Positions 1 through 8,027 of a DNA stretch of 12,248 nucleotides are shown here, piece by piece. A model generated the notes under the pieces. It worked only from the letters and a program-made list of their open reading frames with translations. It made no database searches and was not told the DNA's origin. Origin of the DNA: a bacterium (lineage in GTDB: Bacteria; UBA10199; 2-02-FULL-44-16; DYJF01); contig JBGSNL010000081.1 of assembly GCA_041739675.1 (NCBI GenBank), forward strand, positions 1-12,248, in the 5' to 3' direction. The translations under genes were made by a program, and so were the position numbers. Numbering within the stretch: position 1 is the first letter of the stretch; each line of letters opens with the position of its first letter.

Positions 1-13
1 TGCGTGGATTTTT
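1..13 (-). promoter_or_regulatory. Truncated upstream (-35) part of a fifth copy of the array promoter
   Basis: The window begins tgcgtggattttt, matching gttgcgtgga(a/t)tttt at 2038 and 9850. It lies just past the gene A terminator, in the same arrangement as the other units. Confidence 0.7.
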
Positions 14-20
14 GGAGGTG

Positions 21-64
21 AAAAAAGAGACCGGATTCGAGGAAATCTCCAATCCGGTCTCTTT
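21..64 (-). terminator. Rho-independent terminator of gene A
   Basis: Stem aaagagaccggatt (24-37) pairs with aatccggtctcttt (51-64). The A-run at 21-26 gives a U-tract on the minus strand. It lies 26 nt past the stop codon. Confidence 0.88.
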
Positions 65-90
65 ATGACTTGTCTCTAGCTTAATCTCAA

Positions 91-474
91 TTACAGCCTG
101 CCAAGCGTGCTCCTGATGGGAGCCATAGCAGGAGTTACTACCGGCAAGCTGGCATGCGCTCTCGTTTGCACCATTGTCCGCGCGCCCGCGACTTGCCGCT
201 GGGCGACTCTCTGGTGCGAGGTTCCAGTTCCACCGGCACCCGCAAGCTGCCCCGCACCGCCCTCAAACGCACCGCCCGATGTTTCGCCTGTGTCTTCCAC
301 CATACCGGTGACGGTCGAATCTGTTGACGGGCCGCTGCGATAAAACGGACGGTTGGTGGAGCTGGACGCGCCGCCGACGAGACCGACTGCGTCGATCCCC
401 GCCCTGAATGCATCTATACTCGTAGGATCATCCGCCATCGTCATATGCGCCGACGCTGGATTCTCGAAGAAATG
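91..474 (-). repeat. Terminal linker + conserved tail, copy in gene A
   Basis: HFFENPASAHMTMADD...AFRAGIDAVGLVGG...RPFYRS...GETSGGAFEGGAGQLAGA...VAGARTMVQTRAHASLPVVTPAMAPIRSTLGRL. Highly similar in DNA to 8028-8402. Confidence 0.92.
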
Positions 475-1977
475 AGCGCTCGCTGGGCCCGATCCTTGCC
501 CACCGCTTCCGGAAGCGCTCGCGACTTTCAGCAAAAGGAATTTTCTCGCGTAATCTTTGAATGCGGCTACAAAATCGGCTGGCGTTCCGACGGTTTCATC
601 AATAAAACCCTCCAGCACACGGTTGAACAGTCCATACTCGTGACCGATGCCGAGCTCATCTCGAATTCGAGCACATACTAACACCAGCTGCGCATCAACT
701 ATTCTATCCATTTGAATTCCAAACTTTTCGCTCATAGTTTCAAGCAACCCATAACTTTTCGGAAAGTCTTCAGCAATCGCGTCCATTTCTCCTGGATTAA
801 TATCGTCATCGTGCCATGAGCCGTCGCTGTAAAAGAAAGGACGCTGTGCGCCCGAACCCGTGACATCCCACACCGAGCGCATATTGCGTATTGCCTCAAG
901 CGTTCCGTCTGAAGATGAATCGGACATGCTTCGGGGTTCCTTCCCAAAATCAAAATAACGAACCGGTTCCTGTCCGCCCGATCCGGCAGCGGTGTGATCG
1001 ACCGTACGGGCCAGATCTTCCGCTTTCTTCTTTTCGGCGGCAATCTGATGCTTGAGCAACTTCACAACAATGATACCGAGAACATCGATGAATGTCTCAG
1101 TCTCGCGGCTAAGGACGTCATAATGTCCGAGGGCACCTTGAAGGATATACCGCTCTCTGCGGACGCTGTCATCATCGGGCATCGCTGATCCCAAGGCCCG
1201 CGACCGTTCGGCCTGACGGTTCAGAAACGACACGCTCTCCCCCAGAACAGTTCTCAGCCGTGCGAGCCTGTTGTCTAGCTCGTCCGCGAATCGTCTCGCC
1301 TGGCGGACACGCAACTCATGCGCCTGATCCTCAGGCCGTCCGCCGCCCGACGCGCCGTCGCTGTAAAAGAACGGACGCCGTGCACCGGAACCGGTGACGT
1401 CCCACACCGAGCGCATGGTGCGAATCGCCTCAAGCGTCCTGTCCGAAGATGCATCGCCCATGCTTGGAGGCACGCGGAACGGTTCATAATATTTGACTCC
1501 CGAGAGGATGCGCATTTCGGCGCTGCCGGGCGACAATAAGACACCGATAGCGGTTCTGACGCGATGTTCGATCATCCTGATTTCATCCTTGCTTAAGGAC
1601 GATCGTCTTGCCCTATCAGCGATTGCGTTGAAGGCCGCTCTGATTTCTTCAATCCGGGTCTTTGTTTTTTGACGGGCACCGGTATTGACCGGGGACCTCA
1701 GCGACTGAAGCAGACGACTCAATTCGGTCTCCAGCTCCCTGATCTCCGAATACACATCCGCAGCATTGGCTGCGGGTGGTTCAGCAGGACCGGTGCGATA
1801 AAACGGCGCGTTAGCCCCGAAACCCATGACATCCCACACCGACGGCTGCCGGCTCATGAGCTCATATGAAGTGTCGGAAGATACAGGGCTCATGCGATAG
1901 AAACCCTCCGCTCGATTCCATGAATGGAGATTATGATAATGAAGTGACGGCAGTTCGGTTCTGGCGCCGGATAACAT
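91..1977 (-). CDS. Gene A: hypothetical modular protein (628 aa) with 4 linker motifs and the conserved C-terminal tail
   Basis: Long ORF. Start reassigned from 2025 to ATG 1977 (MLSGARTE), because this matches the N-termini of C and D, has an AAGGA SD, and ATG 2025 falls inside the promoter motif. Confidence 0.85.
   Translation of the reverse strand: MLSGARTELPSLHYHNLHSWNRAEGFYRMSPVSSDTSYELMSRQPSVWDVMGFGANAPFYRTGPAEPPAANAADVYSEIRELETELSRLLQSLRSPVNTGARQKTKTRIEEIRAAFNAIADRARRSSLSKDEIRMIEHRVRTAIGVLLSPGSAEMRILSGVKYYEPFRVPPSMGDASSDRTLEAIRTMRSVWDVTGSGARRPFFYSDGASGGGRPEDQAHELRVRQARRFADELDNRLARLRTVLGESVSFLNRQAERSRALGSAMPDDDSVRRERYILQGALGHYDVLSRETETFIDVLGIIVVKLLKHQIAAEKKKAEDLARTVDHTAAGSGGQEPVRYFDFGKEPRSMSDSSSDGTLEAIRNMRSVWDVTGSGAQRPFFYSDGSWHDDDINPGEMDAIAEDFPKSYGLLETMSEKFGIQMDRIVDAQLVLVCARIRDELGIGHEYGLFNRVLEGFIDETVGTPADFVAAFKDYARKFLLLKVASASGSGGQGSGPASAHFFENPASAHMTMADDPTSIDAFRAGIDAVGLVGGASSSTNRPFYRSGPSTDSTVTGMVEDTGETSGGAFEGGAGQLAGAGGTGTSHQRVAQRQVAGARTMVQTRAHASLPVVTPAMAPIRSTLGRL
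820..957 (-). repeat. Internal SVWDV-type linker copy in gene A
   Basis: YFDFGKEPRSMSDSSSDGTLEAIRNMRSVWDVTGSGAQRPFFYSDG (46 aa), a near-duplicate of 1354-1491. Confidence 0.9.
1354..1491 (-). repeat. Internal SVWDV-type linker copy in gene A
   Basis: YYEPFRVPPSMGDASSDRTLEAIRTMRSVWDVTGSGARRPFFYSDG (46 aa). Confidence 0.9.
1798..1938 (-). repeat. N-terminal SVWDV-type linker copy in gene A
   Basis: YHNLHSW...MSPVSSDTSYELMSRQPSVWDVMGFGANAPFY. Homologous to the gene D N-terminus. Bases 1814-1852 are identical to 2400-2438. Confidence 0.88.
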
Positions 1978-2015
1978 AATATTTCCTTTTCTTTCCCAGA
2001 CCTCCCCTAGCCGTT

Positions 2016-2042
2016 TTGTCGGCATCTTCTCAAAAAGGTTGC
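2016..2042 (-). promoter_or_regulatory. Sigma28/FliA-like promoter of gene A
   Basis: Minus strand GCAAC-ctttttgagaagat-GCCGACAA. The same motif with a 14-nt spacer precedes all four genes. Confidence 0.75.
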
Positions 2043-2068
2043 GTGGAATTTTTGGCGAAAAAGAGACG

Positions 2069-2107
2069 AAAAAAAGACCGGATTCGAGGAAAACTCCAAT
2101 CCGGTCT
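2069..2107 (-). terminator. Rho-independent terminator of gene B
   Basis: Stem agaccggatt (2075-2084) / aatccggtct (2098-2107), with an A-run at 2069-2075. Confidence 0.88.
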
Positions 2108-2143
2108 CTCGTTACTTGTTATTTGTCTCTAGCTTAATCTCAA

Positions 2144-2509
2144 TTACAGCCTGCCAAGCGTGGTCCTGATGGGAGCCATGGCCGGGGTAACCACCGGCAA
2201 GCTGGCATGTAACCTTGTTTGCACCATTATACGCGCGCCGGCAACTTGCTGCCGGGCGACTCTCTGGTGCGAGGCTCCAGTTCCACCGGCACCCGCAAGC
2301 TGCCCTGCACTGCCCTCAAACGCGCCACCGGAGGTCTCGCCTGTGTCTTCCACGATCCCGGCGACGGTCGATGGAGTGCTGCGGTAAAATGGCGCATTCG
2401 CCCCGAAACCCATGACATCCCACACCGACGGCTGCCGGTTCATCGCGACTGTGCCGTCTGAAGATGCCTCGGCCATGCTTGGAGGTACGCGGGCAGGATC
2501 ATAATACCG
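2144..2509 (-). repeat. Terminal linker (SVWDV-type) + conserved tail, copy in gene B
   Basis: RYYDPARVPPSMAEASSDGTVAMNRQPSVWDVMGFGANAPFYRSTPSTVAG...APIRTTLGRL. Confidence 0.92.
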
Positions 2510-5413
2510 CGCAGCCATAGGGCCCGGCACATTGCCGCCGCCGTTACCGCGCGGTGTCGCGGGCTCCTCGCCGTAATCGAACTCATAAAGAAGGCGCGAC
2601 TGTTCGTTCACACCGTTTTCAGCGGGCCCGCCTTCCAACGCATCTTTATTCCATTCAAAGAGCTCTTCAATCCGCGCCAGGCCCTCTTCGATATCGGGGT
2701 CCATCTCTATCATCTGGCCGCGCTGTCCCGCATAATAGTCCAGAACGGTTTTCAATATTCTCACCGCTTCGCGGCGCGACCCCACAGGATCGGCGGCACC
2801 GTTGAGACCGGCCGCCTCGAGTCTTGTCGCCACATCTCCCGGCACCCGCGCCAAAATGTGTGAGGAGCTGAAACGAACGATGAACGATATCTCCTGCGCG
2901 TTGTAGATAGTTCGGGCTACAGTCTCGGCGGATTCGGGCAGGACTTCTGTATTGGCGACGGAGGCGCCCTTCCGACCCTGCATCTCGATTAAACGCGCAG
3001 CGTCTATGCCGAAATCGGGAATATTTTCTTCGGCGGTCATCGATGACACTCCCAGGAGGCGTGAAATCGACGTCGAGGCAAAGCGCCTGATGCGCGCCGT
3101 CTCAAAGTTGATGAGCTGGCCAAGGAGCCGCGCCCTCTCGGGATACGAAGCGGCGACGGAGAGAATCATGCTCTCGGAGAAACGGACGACGGCCTCCCTC
3201 AACATATAGCCCAAGCGCGGCCAGCCGCCTCCTTTTTGAATCCACTTCAAAACAATTTGATCGATGTCGTCCGGCTCAAACGGCCAAGCCGCCGTTTCGT
3301 GCGCAACTTCCCTTGCCAACAACGGACTCTCGCCCGTGAGTTGCTCTAAAAAGACGGGATTACTGGAATATGCCTTTGCAAATATCTCAATCGCCTTTTC
3401 AATTCTTGCGCGTTGATACGCGTCGGCCGACGGCGAATCGTATCTCAAGCTAAGGTTCATCAATTGCGCGTTGAGGCCTTCTATCTCTTTCTCGTGGGAA
3501 AAGTTTCCATCATGCATCAATGCCCGCACGGTCGCCATTATGTACCCCTTCACGTTACGGAATGGAACGGAACCAAAACCCACGATTCTTCCCGCCATCT
3601 CCCAAACTGCAGGCATGACGCCCTCAATTTGCGCATCGAGAAGGTCCAAAACTCTGTCCACATCTTCCGCCTTAACGTGGTGCTGCCAAAACAGATATTT
3701 CGCCTGATTTACGATATTTGCGGCAAGATAGACCGCGAAATCCTGTTCGTCCAAAAAGCTTTCGCGGTTGTATCGCTTAACTTCGCCGGGCCACGGTTGA
3801 AAAAGAAGCTGGCGAATATTCAGTTGTAAAAACGATATGATCTCTGATCGGGCCTTGACCTCCTCAACGAAACTTTTCATGGCCCTTCTCTGGCTGTCGA
3901 CGCCGGCGCCCGCGCTCAAGGCCTCTTCCCACGCAAGCCTTCGAAGGCCCTCAATTGTGCCCTGCTCAAGGGTAGCGGTGAAATCGTCTGACGGATCACG
4001 ACTGCCATCCTCTTCTTCTCCTCGTCCTTCAGTCAGCTTGAGCTCGAAGCCCAATTCCCTCCAGATTTCGCTGTCCGCCTTCGCGAGCTTTAAGATGCCG
4101 TCTATCTCCATTCCGAATATCGGATCGGACATCACCTCTTTCTCATAGGGCTTGCCCGCGACCGCTTCCGCAACGGTTGCTTTCAGCTCCGCCATGAATT
4201 TTTTGAAAAGTTCTTTTTTGACGTCGTGGCCGAGATTTTTCATCTCAAGCAAACCGTCATCCATCTCCTGACTCACGACGCCCAGAGATGCAAACATTGC
4301 GACCCGCACAGCGACGGCAATGCTTTTCGCGTCCGCTTTTTCCTCTTTCACCGCATCGACCAGCGCCGTGCCGACATCGCTCAATGCGCGGTTGAAAAAG
4401 GCGTCCATCTGCTCAAAAATCGTAATGTACTTTATCCATTTGGCGACTTTTTTGCCGATGAGGGCCAGATCTTCCTGATCGACTCCCTTATACAATTGTC
4501 TTAGTTCCGGCGGCATCCTGAAACCGTCCGCGAGCGCGCGCGCCGCCCGCATCGATGCGTCCTCCGGCGGCGGCAAATCCGCCTCAAAGGCCTCGCTTGA
4601 AACGTTGATGTGCTCCTCTTTAAGCTGACCTTCCATCATGTCTTTCAACCTGTAGACCACAACATCGCGAAATTTCACAAGGGCGCGGGCCTTGAGAAAT
4701 TTCAGGTACTCGTCCAGAATTCCCATATGTTTTGCGACGGCAAATTCCAGAAGCGTGGCCTGATGATGATCGCCGAAGATGCTTTCGCCGTACTCATGCA
4801 CGCCGACAAGGGTGAGAAACGCGAGCCTTGTGCTCTCATCGAGGTCGACGAAGAAATCCTCGACGACGAATGCGTGGCCGTGGACCATGATGCCCGGTGA
4901 ACCCATTTCGACAAGCTCGGGAAGATCGGAACGGCTCACGAGGGCAACCTCAAATTCAAGTCCCAGCGATTCGTCTTTGAAGCGAAGCTTGCGCGCAACC
5001 GCGTAGAGCTCATCATATTTCTCGCTTGAAAGCGGGTTGCGAAGGGTCATCTGAAATGTTTGGGACAGATGGAGCGAAAGCGTCTGCGAACATATGAGAC
5101 TCATTCCGTACGCGCAGGACCCTGCGGGGACCGCGCCGCCGGCCATATGGATTGCGCCTGCGACGATCGCGGAGCCGATGTCCATCGTTTCTTGCTGAGG
5201 TTGCCACCCTGTCACGGTCGATTCACGCAACGCGCTGGGAGTGAAGAAAAAAGGACCGGTCCCGAATCTTGACCGGTATTGTTCAGCAAGTAGACGCTCA
5301 TCTTCAGGCGTCATCTCGCTCCGGGCGACTCTTTCCCTGAACTCGTCCGCCTGTTGCATGACCAGATCGTACAAGCGGTGAAGCTCACCATATAGCTCAG
5401 CTATGATGGGCAT
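2144..5413 (-). CDS. Gene B: hypothetical modular protein (1089 aa) with an HExxE motif and the conserved C-terminal tail
   Basis: 3.27-kb ORF with an AAGGGA SD before ATG 5413. C-terminal linker and tail are shared with A, C and D. Contains VHEYGESIFGDHHQA at about aa 205-219. Confidence 0.88.
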   Translation of the reverse strand: MPIIAELYGELHRLYDLVMQQADEFRERVARSEMTPEDERLLAEQYRSRFGTGPFFFTPSALRESTVTGWQPQQETMDIGSAIVAGAIHMAGGAVPAGSCAYGMSLICSQTLSLHLSQTFQMTLRNPLSSEKYDELYAVARKLRFKDESLGLEFEVALVSRSDLPELVEMGSPGIMVHGHAFVVEDFFVDLDESTRLAFLTLVGVHEYGESIFGDHHQATLLEFAVAKHMGILDEYLKFLKARALVKFRDVVVYRLKDMMEGQLKEEHINVSSEAFEADLPPPEDASMRAARALADGFRMPPELRQLYKGVDQEDLALIGKKVAKWIKYITIFEQMDAFFNRALSDVGTALVDAVKEEKADAKSIAVAVRVAMFASLGVVSQEMDDGLLEMKNLGHDVKKELFKKFMAELKATVAEAVAGKPYEKEVMSDPIFGMEIDGILKLAKADSEIWRELGFELKLTEGRGEEEDGSRDPSDDFTATLEQGTIEGLRRLAWEEALSAGAGVDSQRRAMKSFVEEVKARSEIISFLQLNIRQLLFQPWPGEVKRYNRESFLDEQDFAVYLAANIVNQAKYLFWQHHVKAEDVDRVLDLLDAQIEGVMPAVWEMAGRIVGFGSVPFRNVKGYIMATVRALMHDGNFSHEKEIEGLNAQLMNLSLRYDSPSADAYQRARIEKAIEIFAKAYSSNPVFLEQLTGESPLLAREVAHETAAWPFEPDDIDQIVLKWIQKGGGWPRLGYMLREAVVRFSESMILSVAASYPERARLLGQLINFETARIRRFASTSISRLLGVSSMTAEENIPDFGIDAARLIEMQGRKGASVANTEVLPESAETVARTIYNAQEISFIVRFSSSHILARVPGDVATRLEAAGLNGAADPVGSRREAVRILKTVLDYYAGQRGQMIEMDPDIEEGLARIEELFEWNKDALEGGPAENGVNEQSRLLYEFDYGEEPATPRGNGGGNVPGPMAARYYDPARVPPSMAEASSDGTVAMNRQPSVWDVMGFGANAPFYRSTPSTVAGIVEDTGETSGGAFEGSAGQLAGAGGTGASHQRVARQQVAGARIMVQTRLHASLPVVTPAMAPIRTTLGRL

Positions 5414-5476
5414 ATAATACTTCCCTTATGTCGGCGGAATCGCTTGCGCTGCCCCACGATTTCCCCTTTCGCCCCT

Positions 5477-5503
5477 TTATCGGCGGATATTCAGAATAGT
5501 TGC
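5477..5503 (-). promoter_or_regulatory. Sigma28/FliA-like promoter of gene B
   Basis: Minus strand GCAAC-tattctgaatatcc-GCCGATAA, with a perfect FliA -10 element. Confidence 0.75.
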
Positions 5504-5517
5504 GCGTTTTTTGGAGG

Positions 5518-5549
5518 AAAAAAAGACCGGATTCGGGGGAATCCGGCCT
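5518..5549 (-). terminator. Rho-independent terminator of gene C
   Basis: Stem agaccggattc / gaatccggcct with an A-run at 5518-5524. The single A.C mismatch becomes a G-U pair in the minus-strand RNA. Confidence 0.88.
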
Positions 5550-5576
5550 CTGATCACTTTATTATTTCGATCCAAT

Positions 5577-5948
5577 TTACGGCACAAGGACCTGGGTTCT
5601 GACAGCGGCCAGGGCCGCTACCGGTGTTCTCACCGGTGTTCTTGTTTGCGTCATGACACGGGCGCCGGCAACGTGTTGCCCCACCCTATGCTGCGAGCTT
5701 CCAGCTTGAGAAGCTCCAGCCAAATGTTCTGCACCAGCTTCAAACGCACCGCCTGATGTTTCGCCTGTCTCAACATCCGACATGAGACCCGCGACGGTCG
5801 ACGGAGTGCTGCGGTAAAACGGACGGCTGATGGAACTGAATGCGCCGCCCACAAGACCGACTGCGTCGATTCCCGCCCTAAATGCATCTAAACTCGCAGG
5901 ACCGTCCGCCATCGTCATATATTCCGAGCCGGGAAATTCATAATACCG
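5577..5948 (-). repeat. Terminal linker + divergent tail, copy in gene C
   Basis: The linker is almost identical to gene D (RYYEFPGSEYMTMADG.ASLDAFRAGIDAVGLVGGAFSSISRPFYRSTPSTVAGL). The distal tail has diverged (...VAGARVMTQTRTPVRTPVAALAAVRTQVLVP). Confidence 0.9.
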
Positions 5949-7862
5949 CGCGCTTCCTGAAGGTGATGGGCTCCCGCCGCCTCCGCCGCGAGTTCTCCTC
6001 CTTCCCGTCCTCCCGACATTATCCATTCCCTGACTCGCCAACCAATCCTCCGTCGACATATTCGCCCTTGCCCTGCCGATAGCTTCCCAATCTCTGATTC
6101 CACCCGGCCTCGTTGGCGATTTCTCCAGTTCGGCATCTCTTATTCGCCCGGGAGCTGATTCGTCTCCACCCGCTTCACGTCGTCTCCTGGTTCCTGTTCT
6201 TGCAGTGCCCGAGCTTGTCACCCGTTGCCCGGCTGCCAAGGCATCCTCCACGTAAACGGCCTCGAACTCCCTCCGACCTGTCTGAATAAAGTAAGTGCCG
6301 GGAGGCAACGTCTTAAGTTCTTCGGAAAACTTTCCAAAAATCTCTTCAAGTCTCTCATCGGTGTAAGGCAGCGGAACGGCGCGGGCACTGCTGCGGCTGA
6401 TCGGTGCAAAATATCTCGTGGCCAGAGGAATAAATTTATCGAGCAGCGCGGTCATCCTGTCGGCAACAGGTTGGGATTCAGCCACTGGCCCCGCAAAATA
6501 GTTTCCAAGGACATAGATGAGATCGGCTGTATGACGTCCAATAAGAGTGCCGTAAAGACTGCTTTGGAGATACCTATTGGCCAGCCTTAAAATATCGCTT
6601 TTCGCGACAGTCGGAATACCGCTTGTGATCCTCAAAACGGTATCGATGACTTTTCTTTTAAGATCGTCGATGGGATTATTTCCCAGAGCGATAAAAGTCT
6701 CCATGAATTCGGCGACATCATTAGGATGCATAAATGAATATGAAGCCACGATGAACGCGCCCGAGGCAAGTTTCGTTTCGCCTCTATTTAAAAGGACAAG
6801 CAGCGTCTCAAAGAAAGCGTCTTCCGTGGTATTTTCCGGATCGGTGGTCATCTCAGGCGATCTGGGATCGAAACCCATATCCAAGCGGTGAAGCAACGAA
6901 TCGAAGCTGACAGGAAGTTCCGTGAGCCGAGGGCTAAGCACACTTAAAGCCACGTTGAGCAGACCCATCGCTAAGGGGCGGTTGGTTTTGGCTATCTCAC
7001 CGATCCTCGTCAGGCTGTTAGCGTCCTTCTCGGTGAATTGGCCCAGCTCCAGTTTCTTAATGAAACTCTCGAACCGGCTGTCCGTGGAAATCAGACGCCT
7101 GATTGCCTCCAGCGCCCTGCCATTAGCTGTATAAGCAGGAGAATTTCCATAAGGACCTCTTCTAAGATAATACGGCTCAAGTCCTCCCACGCCGTCGGCG
7201 CCTCCAAACCAGCGAGTTGCAGTGCGTCCCAGTGTTTCACGCGTAGACGCGAGCGAGTCGGATGAATTGGGATCAACCGCCCCGACACCCTGCCACGAGG
7301 ATTCGTAATAACGCGCGGTCCCTGAACGTCGGATACGTCTACCCGACTTCGGTCTCTCAGGAAGGAAATCGAGAAGACCGTTTTTCGAAGCAACGCCGTA
7401 GATTTCATCGATTACTCGAGAGATTGCGGGCGAACGATGTCCTCTCTGGACTATGCCGCCCAAGGCCTTGGCGACCATTTTCAAAATCATCCCTTTCGGG
7501 GTTCCGGCAAATGAAGGATGAAGTTCTTCTGCCGCAAGGGTCACTACATGATGCGCAATGCCGGCGACTGCGTCATCGCTCAGACGCTCGCTCATCATGG
7601 ACAAATTGTTGGCCACTACGCTGAGATGCTGATATAAGACGCTGCTGAAGATTTGAGGCTGGTGAACGACTTCGGTAAAATTGTACCTGCTTACTTCAAC
7701 TTTGCCGTCTAGCCAGTCTATAACCCAGGCCTGCCCTCTCGCAACATCCCCCGAAATTATTACCCTCAACTCCCTGCTCGACTGTTCGTATTCCGAGATC
7801 GGGACTACACGAGTTGTTCCCGCCGGTCTCGATGGACCTTCCGTTCTTGCTCCTGATAACAT
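5577..7862 (-). CDS. Gene C: hypothetical modular protein (761 aa) with a divergent version of the conserved tail
   Basis: Starts MLSGARTEGPS with a GGGGA SD. Has an internal SGTARYYE linker and a C-terminal SGSARYYEFPGSEYMTMADG... linker plus tail. Confidence 0.88.
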   Translation of the reverse strand: MLSGARTEGPSRPAGTTRVVPISEYEQSSRELRVIISGDVARGQAWVIDWLDGKVEVSRYNFTEVVHQPQIFSSVLYQHLSVVANNLSMMSERLSDDAVAGIAHHVVTLAAEELHPSFAGTPKGMILKMVAKALGGIVQRGHRSPAISRVIDEIYGVASKNGLLDFLPERPKSGRRIRRSGTARYYESSWQGVGAVDPNSSDSLASTRETLGRTATRWFGGADGVGGLEPYYLRRGPYGNSPAYTANGRALEAIRRLISTDSRFESFIKKLELGQFTEKDANSLTRIGEIAKTNRPLAMGLLNVALSVLSPRLTELPVSFDSLLHRLDMGFDPRSPEMTTDPENTTEDAFFETLLVLLNRGETKLASGAFIVASYSFMHPNDVAEFMETFIALGNNPIDDLKRKVIDTVLRITSGIPTVAKSDILRLANRYLQSSLYGTLIGRHTADLIYVLGNYFAGPVAESQPVADRMTALLDKFIPLATRYFAPISRSSARAVPLPYTDERLEEIFGKFSEELKTLPPGTYFIQTGRREFEAVYVEDALAAGQRVTSSGTARTGTRRRREAGGDESAPGRIRDAELEKSPTRPGGIRDWEAIGRARANMSTEDWLASQGMDNVGRTGRRRTRGGGGGSPSPSGSARYYEFPGSEYMTMADGPASLDAFRAGIDAVGLVGGAFSSISRPFYRSTPSTVAGLMSDVETGETSGGAFEAGAEHLAGASQAGSSQHRVGQHVAGARVMTQTRTPVRTPVAALAAVRTQVLVP
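7167..7313 (-). repeat. Degenerate internal linker copy in gene C
   Basis: (SGTA)RYYESSWQGVGAVDPNSSDSLASTRETL...FGGADGVGGLEPYY keeps RYYE, SSD and the terminal P-aromatic-aromatic at similar spacing. Confidence 0.65.
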
Positions 7863-7904
7863 ATACTATTCCCCTTTCTTACCCCAGTTGTCCCTTTAGC
7901 CTCT

Positions 7905-7931
7905 TTGTCGGCACCCTGTCAAAAAGGTTGC
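7905..7931 (-). promoter_or_regulatory. Sigma28/FliA-like promoter of gene C
   Basis: Minus strand GCAAC-ctttttgacagggt-GCCGACAA, 43 nt before the ATG (same distance as in gene D). Confidence 0.75.
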
Positions 7932-7957
7932 GCGGTTTTTTTGGGGAAAAAGAGACG

Positions 7958-8001
7958 AAAAAAAGAGACCGGATTCGAGGAAATCTCCAATCCGGTCTCT
8001 T
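7958..8001 (-). terminator. Rho-independent terminator of gene D
   Basis: aaaaaaagagaccggattcgaggaaatctccaatccggtctctt, essentially identical to 21-64. Confidence 0.88.
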
Positions 8002-8027
8002 GTAACTTGTCTCTAGCTTAATCTCAA

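Noticed and set aside
625..650. HEYG in gene A as a second metal motif
   Set aside because: It reads HEYGL with no following His or Glu ligand, so it is probably a coincidental match to gene B's HEYGE.
820..1938. Multi-core RiPP precursor
   Set aside because: Segments between repeats are 100-900 aa folded-looking domains, and no maturation enzymes are in the window. Not fully excluded for enzymes acting in trans.
1978..2025. ORF-track start of gene A at 2025
   Set aside because: This ATG overlaps the conserved promoter motif. ATG 1977 has an SD and matches the paralog N-termini.
21..8001. Integron cassette array with the hairpins as attC sites
   Set aside because: The hairpins have U-tracts typical of terminators and lack RYYYAAC/GTTRRRY ends. 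Each gene has its own promoter, the genes are paralogs, and no integrase is present.
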